From positions 128,001 to 192,000 of the forward strand of contig JBBIRK010000002.1 in the NCBI GenBank assembly GCA_037441845.1: a stretch of 64,000 nucleotides of DNA, written 5' to 3'. The position numbers were made by a program, and so were the translations under genes. Origin of the DNA: Candidatus Zixiibacteriota bacterium. GTDB lineage: Bacteria > Zixibacteria > MSB-5A5 > UBA10806 > 4484-95. A model generated the notes under the pieces. It was not told the origin of the DNA and made no database searches. It was given only the letters and a program-made list of their open reading frames with translations. Shown in pieces: positions 18,213 to 27,738 of the stretch. Position 1 is the first letter of the stretch. Every line of letters begins with the position of its first letter.

Positions 18213-21200
18213 CTATTTCACCAAAGTGACCGCCTTGGTGCTCGCATACGATCCCGCTTTCGCCCGGACGAAATATACCCCGGATCCGACCGGCTCGCCT
18301 TCGTCGTTTCTTCCGTCCCAAAGAATCCGATTATAACCGGCCTCGACCTCCCCTAAATCGAGCCGCCTGATCGCTCTTCCCAAAACGTCGTAAATGTCGA
18401 TTTGCACTTTCTGCTTCGCCGACATCTGCAGCACGATCCGCGCCTGTGAATTGAAAGGATTCGGATAGATCCCCTCTATCGAAAACGCCGTCGGAACCGC
18501 ATCGCCCTTATCTGCGATTGCGGTGGGCGCAGCCACGGCCAACGCCACATTATCAATAAGCATGCCGAAACTGGAACCGCTCTCGTCGGATAAGAAACGG
18601 AAACCGAAATAAACCTCGCCGCCCGTTATACCGCAGAATTCGGACAGATCGACCTCGAAATTCCGCCACTGACTCGCTCCTGACAAGCCGGCCAGACGTG
18701 TCCAAGGTCCGTTCGGATTCCGCGCCGCCACCACGAAACAACTGTCGCCGTTCGCCAACAAATAACGAGTGCGAAAACTCAATGAGGCGCTGTCGTAGCG
18801 AGTGAAATCGTAATGTATCCGATTTCGAATCAAAGCGTCCATGTTGTTTGGGTAGTTCCCCTCGCCGGTTCTCAAAGAGTGCGGCGATTGATACCCCTGA
18901 CCATCGACTATCACCCAGCCCGGAAAGACATGATACCAACTCAAGTTGCCGTTTTCGAAATCATCGACCAACTCTTGCGAACTTATGGCGAAAGCGTAAT
19001 ACCCCGCCGAGGGCGCGACGGCCCGGTTATGCAAATATGCGTTATCACGGCAGTAGAACCGATAGAATACGGTGTCCCCCAAGAAAAGCGTCCGCGCCGG
19101 CACCAGAGAGTTTAAGATAAAAGCGCCGGCGGAGTCGGAATAGGGCACGGCGATCGTATCCTCGGTTTCGGCGTTTATGCGGAACACCAGCGCGCCGCTG
19201 CCGTTATCGATACCGTGTACATCGGTGGCTCGAAATATGAACGGCCCGAACGGCCCATTCAGCCTCACGCTGTTGCGAGGCAGAAACACCATTTCGATCT
19301 GAGGAGCTATTGTATCATATCCGACATAGAACGAATGTTGCACCGCCGGAGCCTCCGTCGGGTTTGTCCCCCGAAAACCGAGATTATCGACAGCCTCTAT
19401 ATAATAACTGACCGTAGTCCCGAATCGCTGGGCTGGGATGCTGCCGAACCATTCGGCGCCGCCGCCGTTGGTCATCGCCGAAGTAAAAGAATCGCCGCCG
19501 ATAAAATAATGGATTTCCACCCGTCCCTGATCGAAAGCGTTTACTCCGCTTATCAACGCCGTCAACTGATAGGCATTGAGCGAATCCTCGGTATCGGTCA
19601 GCGGCGCATGGCTGATATCGATTTGAATTCCGGGACCGATGCCGTGAAGATTTCCGAAACTGTAATAGATCTCATAAGCGTGGGGCGTTCCGTTGTCGAT
19701 ATTGCCGTCGTCGTCATCGGTGACCAAAACATCCCAGAAATAGCTCTCGAAATCCGGAGCGTAGCCGTACTTGGCGAAATGCCACAAAGTTTCAGCGTAA
19801 CCGAAACGCGCCGCCAACAATTCGCGCAGATCCCAGAGGGCGCCCGCTATTATCTGACCGTCGTTGTGCGATTCGCCGTTCCAGTGTATCGGGTAACGGC
19901 GGTTGTTGTCGACCGTCCGCAAATATGTCCCGGGGCCGAAAAAGCCGCGACCTATCAGCGGCTGGCCGGTCACTATCGCCGCCAGAAAGTCGGAAAAACC
20001 CTCGTGCATGGCCCCGTTGGGATCCTCAGCTCCGCCGGCGTCATATTGAAGATTGGTCAGGCCGTGACCATACTCATGATGTATCACGTCCGCGATCTGA
20101 GCGATATTGGGACAGCCGCCTCCCTCGCGGTAAAAATTGATCGATCTGTCGGTCCGCGAATAATAAGCGTTGCAGCTGCCGTCGACATTCACCCGGCAAA
20201 TCATCTGAAAATCCATCGCCGTCAGATTCGGATCCAAGTCCTTGATATAATCATGCACTTCCTGACCATGATAGAATGCGTTCCTCTGGGGCAACGTGGA
20301 GTTGCCGTCGTTCCAGAGAATCTGAATGCTGTCTCCGGGATTTACCGATGCGGTAAAAAATGCGTTACTGCCGTTGCTGTTTATCACCCTCATGAACGGG
20401 CCCCGTAAATATGCGTCGAGCTCGACCGATCCCGGACCGGAAACATCGAAACCGAATTGGCCGCCGGAGTCGGAGGTGTCGATAATATCATTATTAGCGT
20501 ATATGTAAGTATTGGCGAATCCTTCATTGATCTGATTCTCATAAGGATTGCTCGGCTGAATCAAACCGCCTACGTCGCCGGAAATCCTTTCATACGGTAT
20601 AATGTTCTCTCTCCAAACGACCTCGCGGGTACGAGCATCGATAAACGCCCGCCACTCGGCAACGGGTGAAACGGTGTATATCTCGAACATCCAGCAAAGG
20701 CGGTATTCGATTCTCGAATCGAAAATCAAAGGAAGCACCACCAGTTTCGATTCCGTTATCTTGTCGGTTTCGGGGTCGAATGCGATTCCGCCGGTGGCGG
20801 TCGATCGGCAAACCGCTTCGTCCAGTGCGGGAAAGTGATCTATCGCAATGCCCGGGAACAACTCTCCTCTGGCGAAAAACACCGTTCCGCCAGGACTAAC
20901 CCTCAAACCGAGATGGCTCCCCCATACATCTATCCCTTGATATGTTTGCTTGAATTCGAAATAATGAGATTTGCCCAAAACCTGCCGCGATGACAGAAAT
21001 CTGAACTCCTTCGGATCGATTCCGGCGAATTCGGCGCGGAACCGGCCGATAAATTCCGCGATCAGCTCGGTTGCATTCCCGATTCCGACGGCGGTGCGGT
21101 AATTCGTCGATAAGGCCCTCGGAGTACCCGATTGGACATTAATTCTATAAATCTCCCCGAAATCGGCCGACCTCGTGTCCACGCCGGGCGCGGCTGTTTG

Positions 21201-21305
21201 TGAATGCAACCCCGGCCTGACCACCGTTCCCGGCATCTCTCCGGCGAAATCCAGCGCCGAAAGAGGCGCTGCACTAAGCAATATCAACATGACGATAATG
21301 TACAT
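18213..21305 (-). CDS. Secreted M36/M4-like metallopeptidase with propeptide and FlgD/T9SS-like C-terminal domain
   Basis: Signal peptide; FTP-like FKQTYQGIDVWG; PepSY-like FIDARTREV; HEYGH...NGAMHEGFSD; tail YPNPFNS...YDVLGR...WDG...GSGVYF. Confidence 0.85.
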   Translation of the reverse strand: MYIIVMLILLSAAPLSALDFAGEMPGTVVRPGLHSQTAAPGVDTRSADFGEIYRINVQSGTPRALSTNYRTAVGIGNATELIAEFIGRFRAEFAGIDPKEFRFLSSRQVLGKSHYFEFKQTYQGIDVWGSHLGLRVSPGGTVFFARGELFPGIAIDHFPALDEAVCRSTATGGIAFDPETDKITESKLVVLPLIFDSRIEYRLCWMFEIYTVSPVAEWRAFIDARTREVVWRENIIPYERISGDVGGLIQPSNPYENQINEGFANTYIYANNDIIDTSDSGGQFGFDVSGPGSVELDAYLRGPFMRVINSNGSNAFFTASVNPGDSIQILWNDGNSTLPQRNAFYHGQEVHDYIKDLDPNLTAMDFQMICRVNVDGSCNAYYSRTDRSINFYREGGGCPNIAQIADVIHHEYGHGLTNLQYDAGGAEDPNGAMHEGFSDFLAAIVTGQPLIGRGFFGPGTYLRTVDNNRRYPIHWNGESHNDGQIIAGALWDLRELLAARFGYAETLWHFAKYGYAPDFESYFWDVLVTDDDDGNIDNGTPHAYEIYYSFGNLHGIGPGIQIDISHAPLTDTEDSLNAYQLTALISGVNAFDQGRVEIHYFIGGDSFTSAMTNGGGAEWFGSIPAQRFGTTVSYYIEAVDNLGFRGTNPTEAPAVQHSFYVGYDTIAPQIEMVFLPRNSVRLNGPFGPFIFRATDVHGIDNGSGALVFRINAETEDTIAVPYSDSAGAFILNSLVPARTLFLGDTVFYRFYCRDNAYLHNRAVAPSAGYYAFAISSQELVDDFENGNLSWYHVFPGWVIVDGQGYQSPHSLRTGEGNYPNNMDALIRNRIHYDFTRYDSASLSFRTRYLLANGDSCFVVAARNPNGPWTRLAGLSGASQWRNFEVDLSEFCGITGGEVYFGFRFLSDESGSSFGMLIDNVALAVAAPTAIADKGDAVPTAFSIEGIYPNPFNSQARIVLQMSAKQKVQIDIYDVLGRAIRRLDLGEVEAGYNRILWDGRNDEGEPVGSGVYFVRAKAGSYASTKAVTLVK

Positions 21306-21539
21306 CGAACCCTCGTTTCGAAATTATTTTCCCATTGTCGTAATATAGCGATTTTTGCATTTTGTCCAATCATTATTAATACCGGGAAATCCATTTCGAT
21401 CCCGCCTGTCAATTTAACAAAAATCCTCAGCCGGCTGTTTCCATTGATTATGGGCGTCGATGGTTATGACGAAATTTCACCGCGGCCGGATTAGCGCGGG
21501 CGCCTCTTCGCCGTTCGAGCCGCCGTTTGCCGTTCGGCG

Positions 21540-21566
21540 TAAAGTGGCGCGTAAATCTGACGATAA
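21540..21566 (+). promoter_or_regulatory. Putative sigma28-like promoter of the Zn-ribbon/TPR gene
   Basis: TAAA-N15-GACGATAA, about 40 nt upstream of ATG 21608. Confidence 0.55.
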
Positions 21567-21607
21567 CTTTCATGTAGATAGTGGGGAAACCATAACCGGG
21601 AGTCCTT

Positions 21608-23692
21608 ATGATTATATGCGAAAATTGCGGCGCCGTAAACCTGTTCGATGGGGCCACCAATTGCAAAAAATGCCATGAACCTCTGGTCGCCAAAGCCTCG
21701 GCATCGCCCGTCCCCCGAACATTCGGGATACAGAGCGCATCCGAAGAAAGTGAAGTCTCCCCGACTGCGGCCAGCGCCGCCGAAACTTACGACAAAACCG
21801 CGGCCATCGGCGCTCCAGAAAGCCCGGCCGCAGAATCGCATCCGGATTTCGATATAAAAGAGGTCGATTTCGATTCGAGGCATGACGACCTGGCGATCGC
21901 CCAACCTGCCGATCAGGAAAATCCCGAAAAGAAAGAAGAAAACCTCGTCCCCGAAACCATACAGAAAGAACTTACTCTGTATCGCGACGATGAGATGCAG
22001 GTGAGGATGGAGCACACGGCCGACGGCCCGGCCATCACTCTCACCGGCAAACTCGACTATGCCGAAAGCGAACCGCAAGAAATCGAAAAACCCGAGTCGA
22101 TCATACCCGCCATTAGCGATGACGACCTGGCCCTGAAAAATACCGAAGATCAGTCGGTTACCAAAAAGATAATCATCAACCCCCAGATCGAAAAGCGTGC
22201 CAGAATCGAACCGCAACCCAGAGAAATGGTCACGGCCGATGAGCAGCCGCAAGAAGAAAAACAATCGGTCGAAAAACCCAGCGCCGAATTTCTGAAAAAA
22301 CTGTCCGGCGAACAGATCAAGACCAGAGCCGTCGCCTTTTTCGAGGGTAACTCCGTGCGCTTCAGCGGCGTAAAACTATCCAACGGCGACCGAATAATCC
22401 TCAACGAAAAAGAATTCGAACTAATTCATAAAAAAACCAACAAGAAACCTCTTTACTCCCTGATCGCCGGCGCATTATTGATTTTCTTCGCAGCATCGGC
22501 TTATCTCATGACCCGGACTCCGACCGACGGCCGGATCGTAGGCACGGCCAGGGATCAGCTCACCGGCCAGATTTTGCCGTCGGTGAATGTAACCATAAAG
22601 GAGCTCGGCAGAACCGCCCAGGTCAACCAGGCCGGCTTCTTCGTTTTCGAAAAAATTCCCGAGGGAATTTACACCATCGAATGCGCCGCCTTCGGATATC
22701 AGCCGATCAGCGACCGCTTGACCGTTCTGAAAAATAAGACGAGCACAACCAATTTGATATTCCGGCGACCGGAAAACGAACCGACTGCGGACAATTCCGC
22801 CCCCGGACAGCAATCGAATTCGACATCGGAAACGAAAACTCTACCCCTTCGTCTCAGCGCCACCCCTTCCGAGGCGAAAATTTATGTGGACGGAAGACTC
22901 GTGGGAACCGGCACTGCGGACACGCGGCTTCCCTCCGGCAGGCACAAAATTTCGATAAAATATGCCGGCTACAAGGAATATTCACAAACGTTCGAGCTGG
23001 CCGAGACAGGACCTAAATCGCTCAATATCATGCTCGAAAAACTTCCTGCCGCGGCGCCGCCCAAAAGCGACCTCGAAATCGCCGCCGACCTCGAAAGCCA
23101 AAGTAATTTCGATAAAGCATTGGAAAAATACCAGGCTATCCTGCGCAAAAACCCTAATGACGTGTCCGCGCTGCTCGGCCAGGCCAGATGTTACCGGGCG
23201 GTCGGGAACACCGAATACGCCCTGTCATCGTACCTGAAAGCCTCGAAAAGCGCCTCGGACAAAGGCGATACCGACAAACAATTGATCGCCTTGGGCGGAG
23301 TCCTCCAAATTAACCCGAACTACCTGACCGCCCTCTACAGCCGCGGCAATATCTATTTCAATCGCGGAGATTATGCCGCCGCTATCGCCGATTTCAGCAA
23401 AGTCATAAACATCGATCCGCGCCATCTCAATGCCCATTACAAACTCGCCGAATCTTATCACAAATCGGGCAATTTCGCTTCTGCGCTCGAGGCCTACGAA
23501 CAAACGCTGAAAATCAATTTCGCCGATGCCAAACCTTATGCCTACATGGCCGAAATCTATCTGGCCATGGGAGATATCAAGAACACGCGAAAATACTTCG
23601 ACAAATTCGAAAAAGGCGCAGACATCTCCACCAAAAACAAGTTCGCCTCCGACCCGGAATGGCTGAAAGTAAAACAAGCTATCGCCAGATAA
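21608..23692 (+). CDS. Bitopic membrane protein: Zn-ribbon, acidic linker, TM, carboxypeptidase-regulatory-like, PEGA and TPR domains
   Basis: CENC...CKKC; TM LYSLIAGALLIFFAASAYLM; GRIVGTARD...GFFVFEKIPEGIYTI; ATPSEAKIYVDG; TPR repeats such as ALYSRGNIYFNRGDYAAAIADFSKVI. Confidence 0.85.
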   Translation: MIICENCGAVNLFDGATNCKKCHEPLVAKASASPVPRTFGIQSASEESEVSPTAASAAETYDKTAAIGAPESPAAESHPDFDIKEVDFDSRHDDLAIAQPADQENPEKKEENLVPETIQKELTLYRDDEMQVRMEHTADGPAITLTGKLDYAESEPQEIEKPESIIPAISDDDLALKNTEDQSVTKKIIINPQIEKRARIEPQPREMVTADEQPQEEKQSVEKPSAEFLKKLSGEQIKTRAVAFFEGNSVRFSGVKLSNGDRIILNEKEFELIHKKTNKKPLYSLIAGALLIFFAASAYLMTRTPTDGRIVGTARDQLTGQILPSVNVTIKELGRTAQVNQAGFFVFEKIPEGIYTIECAAFGYQPISDRLTVLKNKTSTTNLIFRRPENEPTADNSAPGQQSNSTSETKTLPLRLSATPSEAKIYVDGRLVGTGTADTRLPSGRHKISIKYAGYKEYSQTFELAETGPKSLNIMLEKLPAAAPPKSDLEIAADLESQSNFDKALEKYQAILRKNPNDVSALLGQARCYRAVGNTEYALSSYLKASKSASDKGDTDKQLIALGGVLQINPNYLTALYSRGNIYFNRGDYAAAIADFSKVINIDPRHLNAHYKLAESYHKSGNFASALEAYEQTLKINFADAKPYAYMAEIYLAMGDIKNTRKYFDKFEKGADISTKNKFASDPEWLKVKQAIAR

Positions 23693-23715
23693 AAACGGCA
23701 GTCCCCCGAATTACG

Positions 23716-23743
23716 CCGGAAGCGGGCCGCTTCCGGTTTTTTT
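23716..23743 (+). terminator. Intrinsic terminator
   Basis: CCGGAAGCG-GGC-CGCTTCCGG perfect stem followed by 7 T. Confidence 0.8.
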
Positions 23744-23792
23744 ATTTTGACTTTTCCGGCCGCGCCATCATATTCCCGATTCAGGAACCGAT

Positions 23793-24497
23793 ATGCGTCA
23801 AACGGAAAATCCGAACGACCGATCCCGGAGGCAACCGCCGCCCATGCAGAAATTGCTGCTGGCGGTCTTTCTGATAATTTACCCGGCCGTTCATTTTATC
23901 CTGAATCGAATCAGTCCTCCCTCGCCACAGAACGTGGAATCGAGAATAATCGACATCTATCTGCCCGCTTTATTCCTCCAACTGCTCGTATTCGCCTCGA
24001 TTTACCTGGCGCTGAAAATCAATTGCGAAAATCTGGCGTCCGTCGGTTTGAGAAAACGAGACCTTACATTAGCCAATCTCGCAATCGGGCTGCTTTTTCT
24101 TCTGGGCTCGGTCTTGTTTCTCAACGTCTTGGCCTCGGTGATCAGCCGCCACACCAACTACGACCCGGCTGCAGTAAACTTCGTCTTGCCGCGCAGTCCG
24201 GCCGAACGAATCGTCTGGATCATCATCGCCGTCGGAGCGGGCATATCCGAGGAAATCTGTTTCCGCGGCTTTATAATCACCCGGCTTGGCCAAATGACCG
24301 GCTCGATTTGGCCCGGCGTATTCGTGGGATCGCTGAGTTTCGGCGTTAGCCACGGCTATCAGGGCGGCGGCGGCGTGATTTTAATTTCGGTTTACGGTTT
24401 ACTTTTCGCCCTGTTGTTCGTCGCCAGAGGGTCGCTGGTGCCGTGCATTATCGCTCACTCGTTGCAGGATATTATGGCCTCTTTCGGCGCAACATGA
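23793..24497 (+). CDS. CPBP (CAAX/Abi) family intramembrane metalloprotease
   Basis: SEEICFRG, FGVSHGYQG, IIAHSLQD motifs; multiple TM segments. Confidence 0.9.
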   Translation: MRQTENPNDRSRRQPPPMQKLLLAVFLIIYPAVHFILNRISPPSPQNVESRIIDIYLPALFLQLLVFASIYLALKINCENLASVGLRKRDLTLANLAIGLLFLLGSVLFLNVLASVISRHTNYDPAAVNFVLPRSPAERIVWIIIAVGAGISEEICFRGFIITRLGQMTGSIWPGVFVGSLSFGVSHGYQGGGGVILISVYGLLFALLFVARGSLVPCIIAHSLQDIMASFGAT

Positions 24498-24627
24498 CGT
24501 GTACAAATAGTTCTTCTTTACAATCGACCGGAGTTTGATTACTTTATGCCCATTAAAATTCCATCGGTCCTGATCAAAAAGGTTCGATTTTGGGAAAAGC
24601 GGGGCAAAACCACAAGGAGATATTACG

Positions 24628-26016
24628 ATGCTACCCAATAGTTCTTTCGAATTCATGCCGGAACCGTATCGCACCAAATCGATCGAAAAGATACGCCTTC
24701 TGCCGCGGCCCGAAAGGATCAAATGCCTCGAGGCCGCGCGCTACAACATTTTCAAAATCCGAGCCGCCGATATCTTTATCGACCTATTGACCGATTCGGG
24801 AACCTCGGCGATGAGCGATAATCAGTGGGCCGGACTTATGGTCGGCGACGAATCGTATGCCTGCTGCCGAAATTTCTATACGTTCGAAGAAACCGTTCAT
24901 CGTATCACCGGCCTGAAACACGTAATCCCCGTGCACCAGGGAAGGGTGGCTGAAAACATATTGTTTTCGAACGTTCTCGAACCGGGCGATTATGTCCCCT
25001 CCAACACCCATTTCGATACCACCCGTGCCAATATAGAACACCATCGGGCGACCGCGGTCGATCTGGTTTGTCCTGCCGGACGCAATCCATCGATCGACGT
25101 TCCGTTCAAGGGAAATATCGACCTCGATCAGGTGGAGGACCTGATAAAAAAGGTCGGACCATCGAAAATCCCGCTCGGCATGCTGACCGTAACCAATAAC
25201 GCCGGCGGCGGTCAGCCGGTGTCGCTCGCCAATATCCGTGCTTACAGTCAGCTTTTGCACCGCTATGGGATACCGTTTTATATCGATGCCTGCCGCTATG
25301 CCGAAAACTGTTATTTCATAAAACATCGTGAGCCCGGACAGGGTGGAAGGTCCATCGAGGAGATCGCCGCCGAAATGTTTTCCTATGCCGATGGCTGCAC
25401 CATGTCGGCTAAGAAGGACGGCCTGGCCAATATCGGCGGATTTTTGGCCACCAACGATGACGATCTGGCCGTCAAGCTGAGGAACATGTTGATCTTGATC
25501 GAGGGATTCCCGACCTATGGCGGCTTGGCCGGCCGCGACCTCGAGGCGATCGCCCGCGGCCTTATCGAGGCCCTCGATGAAGATTATCTCGCCTACAGAA
25601 TCAACCAGGTGCGTATGTTCGGAGAAATGTTGACGAGTGCGGGAATCCCGATCGTGCAGCCTCCCGGGGGCCATGCCATTTTCATCGATGTCAACTCCTT
25701 TTTACCTGATTTTCCGCGCGACCGCTATCCCGGTTGGGCTTTGACTGTGGCTTTGTATAGAGAGGGCGGAGTCAGGGCGGTCGAGGTCGGCGGCGTCATG
25801 CTCGGTCGCCGGCCCGATGGCAACGAAAAATATCCGGAAATGGAACTGGTGAGATTGGCCGTCCCGCGCCGGGTTTATTCGATGGCGCACCTGGGTTATG
25901 TGACCTCGATATTCAAGCTGATAGCGGATAAAAAAGATCTGGTCAGGCCCCTGCGCATAATCTACCAGCCCGCCGTCCTACGCCACTTCACTGCCGAATT
26001 CGAGGAAATCGGATAA
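24628..26016 (+). CDS. tnaA: Tryptophanase (beta-eliminating lyase)
   Basis: DLLTDSGT, HQGR, PLP-lysine motif SAKKD, EGFPTYGGL, C-terminal LRHFTA; SAKKD and LRHFT favour tryptophanase over tyrosine phenol-lyase (SGKKD, LRFFT). Confidence 0.85.
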   Translation: MLPNSSFEFMPEPYRTKSIEKIRLLPRPERIKCLEAARYNIFKIRAADIFIDLLTDSGTSAMSDNQWAGLMVGDESYACCRNFYTFEETVHRITGLKHVIPVHQGRVAENILFSNVLEPGDYVPSNTHFDTTRANIEHHRATAVDLVCPAGRNPSIDVPFKGNIDLDQVEDLIKKVGPSKIPLGMLTVTNNAGGGQPVSLANIRAYSQLLHRYGIPFYIDACRYAENCYFIKHREPGQGGRSIEEIAAEMFSYADGCTMSAKKDGLANIGGFLATNDDDLAVKLRNMLILIEGFPTYGGLAGRDLEAIARGLIEALDEDYLAYRINQVRMFGEMLTSAGIPIVQPPGGHAIFIDVNSFLPDFPRDRYPGWALTVALYREGGVRAVEVGGVMLGRRPDGNEKYPEMELVRLAVPRRVYSMAHLGYVTSIFKLIADKKDLVRPLRIIYQPAVLRHFTAEFEEIG

Positions 26017-26075
26017 GGGCGATTCGGTCATATCGCCATACCCTCGGCTTTCGAGACTTCACCGATCGCCGCGTG

Positions 26076-27314
26076 TCAAGTCTTGCTTCCATTCGCCGTT
26101 TTTCTCGGATCGGGTACTTTCAATAGAATAATCGTCCCCGCCGTCACCATCAGAAACATTGCGCCGACCGCTATCCGATATTTAATGGCGCCCAGCGATT
26201 GCAGGGCGTAAATTATCGCCCCCCAGATTATCGGGCCGATCACCGCCGCCATCCGCCCCGACAACGAAAACAGCCCGAAATACTCCCCCAGCTTTTTGTC
26301 ATCGTTGACCAGACCGATAAGCAACGGCCTCTCGGCGGTCCAGAACCCGCCCAATGCGCACCCGGCGATCAAGCCCCAAACGAAAAGCACTCCCCTACCC
26401 GGAAAAACAACTATTCCCGCCAAAGCAATCATCCAAAAAACCGCTGAGGCTATCAGCATTATGCGGGCTCCGTATTTTTGCGTAAAAAATCCCCAAATCA
26501 ACGATCCCACTGCGGTGAAAAAGGTCACCACGATCAAGAAAAAGGTCACTTCGTCCAGACCGACCCCACCGATCGTCCTATCACCCATTCCGGCCGCATT
26601 TATCAAATAAACCGCCATGAAAAGTATGATCGTTTCGACCGCCTCGATTATGAAAAAACGGCCGACCAAAAGCCTGATCATGCCCGGTATTCGGCCGGCC
26701 CGCCGTAGAGACGCCGCCAATCCCAAAGTCGCCGAATCCGAAGCGGCGGTTTTGATTCCGGAATTGTCATAATCTTTCACCCAGACGAAAGTGGGGATCG
26801 AAAACAAAAAGAAAAGCAAGGCGGTCCAGAAATAAGGAAAATCGATCACCCGGTTCAATGTCGCCACCAGAAACAGGCCGGTGATACTGCCGCAATACCC
26901 CAGCGAAACCCCCAAACCCGAAATAAACGCCAGCTTGTCCGGAGGTGCGACCGCCGGCAGAAGCGCATTGTAATATACCAGAGCGGCTTCATAGCAAAAA
27001 ATGGCCGACCCGAAAAATGCCAGTGAAATTGTCAGGTTGCCGGTGGCGCCAAGCATAATCGTCAACAAACAGCATATCAAGGTGAAAATCACCAATGGCT
27101 GCTTCCTTCGATTATGCCGATCCGCCAACGCCCCCAAAACCGGCATCGTGAAAGCCACCAGAACCATAGCCGAGGATCGAGCTATCCCCACGGAAAGATC
27201 GGATCCTCCAAGAGTGTTGATAGCGAATATCGGAAAATACCGCGATACCACGTTCATCGAGAACATGGTGTTGGCGAAATCATACCCCGCCCAACTCAAT
27301 ATCTTGCGATTCAT
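26076..27314 (-). CDS. MFS transporter, ATG22/UMF1-like
   Basis: SWAGYDFAN, PVLGALADR, YYNALLP, ISGLGVSLGY, EYFGLFSLSGR; start moved to ATG 27314, which overlaps the upstream stop. Confidence 0.88.
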   Translation of the reverse strand: MNRKILSWAGYDFANTMFSMNVVSRYFPIFAINTLGGSDLSVGIARSSAMVLVAFTMPVLGALADRHNRRKQPLVIFTLICCLLTIMLGATGNLTISLAFFGSAIFCYEAALVYYNALLPAVAPPDKLAFISGLGVSLGYCGSITGLFLVATLNRVIDFPYFWTALLFFLFSIPTFVWVKDYDNSGIKTAASDSATLGLAASLRRAGRIPGMIRLLVGRFFIIEAVETIILFMAVYLINAAGMGDRTIGGVGLDEVTFFLIVVTFFTAVGSLIWGFFTQKYGARIMLIASAVFWMIALAGIVVFPGRGVLFVWGLIAGCALGGFWTAERPLLIGLVNDDKKLGEYFGLFSLSGRMAAVIGPIIWGAIIYALQSLGAIKYRIAVGAMFLMVTAGTIILLKVPDPRKTANGSKT

Positions 27315-27637
27315 TTCAAGCTCAGTATCAGCGCCGCTCCGATCGCGGCTCCGCAAAAATCCGCCGCCAGGTCTTTCCACGACGAATGTTCGCCCGGACG
27401 CCCGGCATCCATCACCTCTTTCAAACCGCCCAGCGAAAACGAAATGCAAAAACCACCGGCGGCGGCGCTTTCGCCGCCGATACGAAAATGATTTTTAGCC
27501 ACGAATCCGCAGGATACGCTCATGAAAGCCGAGATCGCCGCGTGTTCGAATTTATCCGAACCCAGCCAACTATCGGCGGACTCCGCCCCTGCCGTCGCCG
27601 CTGAAAATAATTGAACAAGCACTATTATCGACGCCAT
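27311..27637 (-). CDS. YfiM/DUF2279-like small membrane protein
   Basis: DSWLGSDKFEH...GGLKEVMD...SWKDLAADFCG; start uncertain (ATG 27637 preferred). Confidence 0.7.
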   Translation of the reverse strand: MASIIVLVQLFSAATAGAESADSWLGSDKFEHAAISAFMSVSCGFVAKNHFRIGGESAAAGGFCISFSLGGLKEVMDAGRPGEHSSWKDLAADFCGAAIGAALILSLK

Positions 27638-27738
27638 TCCGACTATCGATATTCCGCGGCGCGGCAAGCCGAGCGTTCGCGTTATCGACCGATCAACGTT
27701 TCTGAACGGTCTTTTCTTGGAAACGCGCCAACTTCTAT

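Noticed and set aside
19215..20408. 397-aa plus-strand ORF
   Set aside because: Antisense to the M36/M4-like peptidase; no recognisable domain
23793..24497. CPBP/Abi protein as a phage-defence gene
   Set aside because: The family name alone does not imply defence; intact protease motifs and no defence-island context
24498..24627. tnaC-like leader peptide upstream of tryptophanase
   Set aside because: No short ORF with the TnaC Trp/Asp/Pro pattern was recognised
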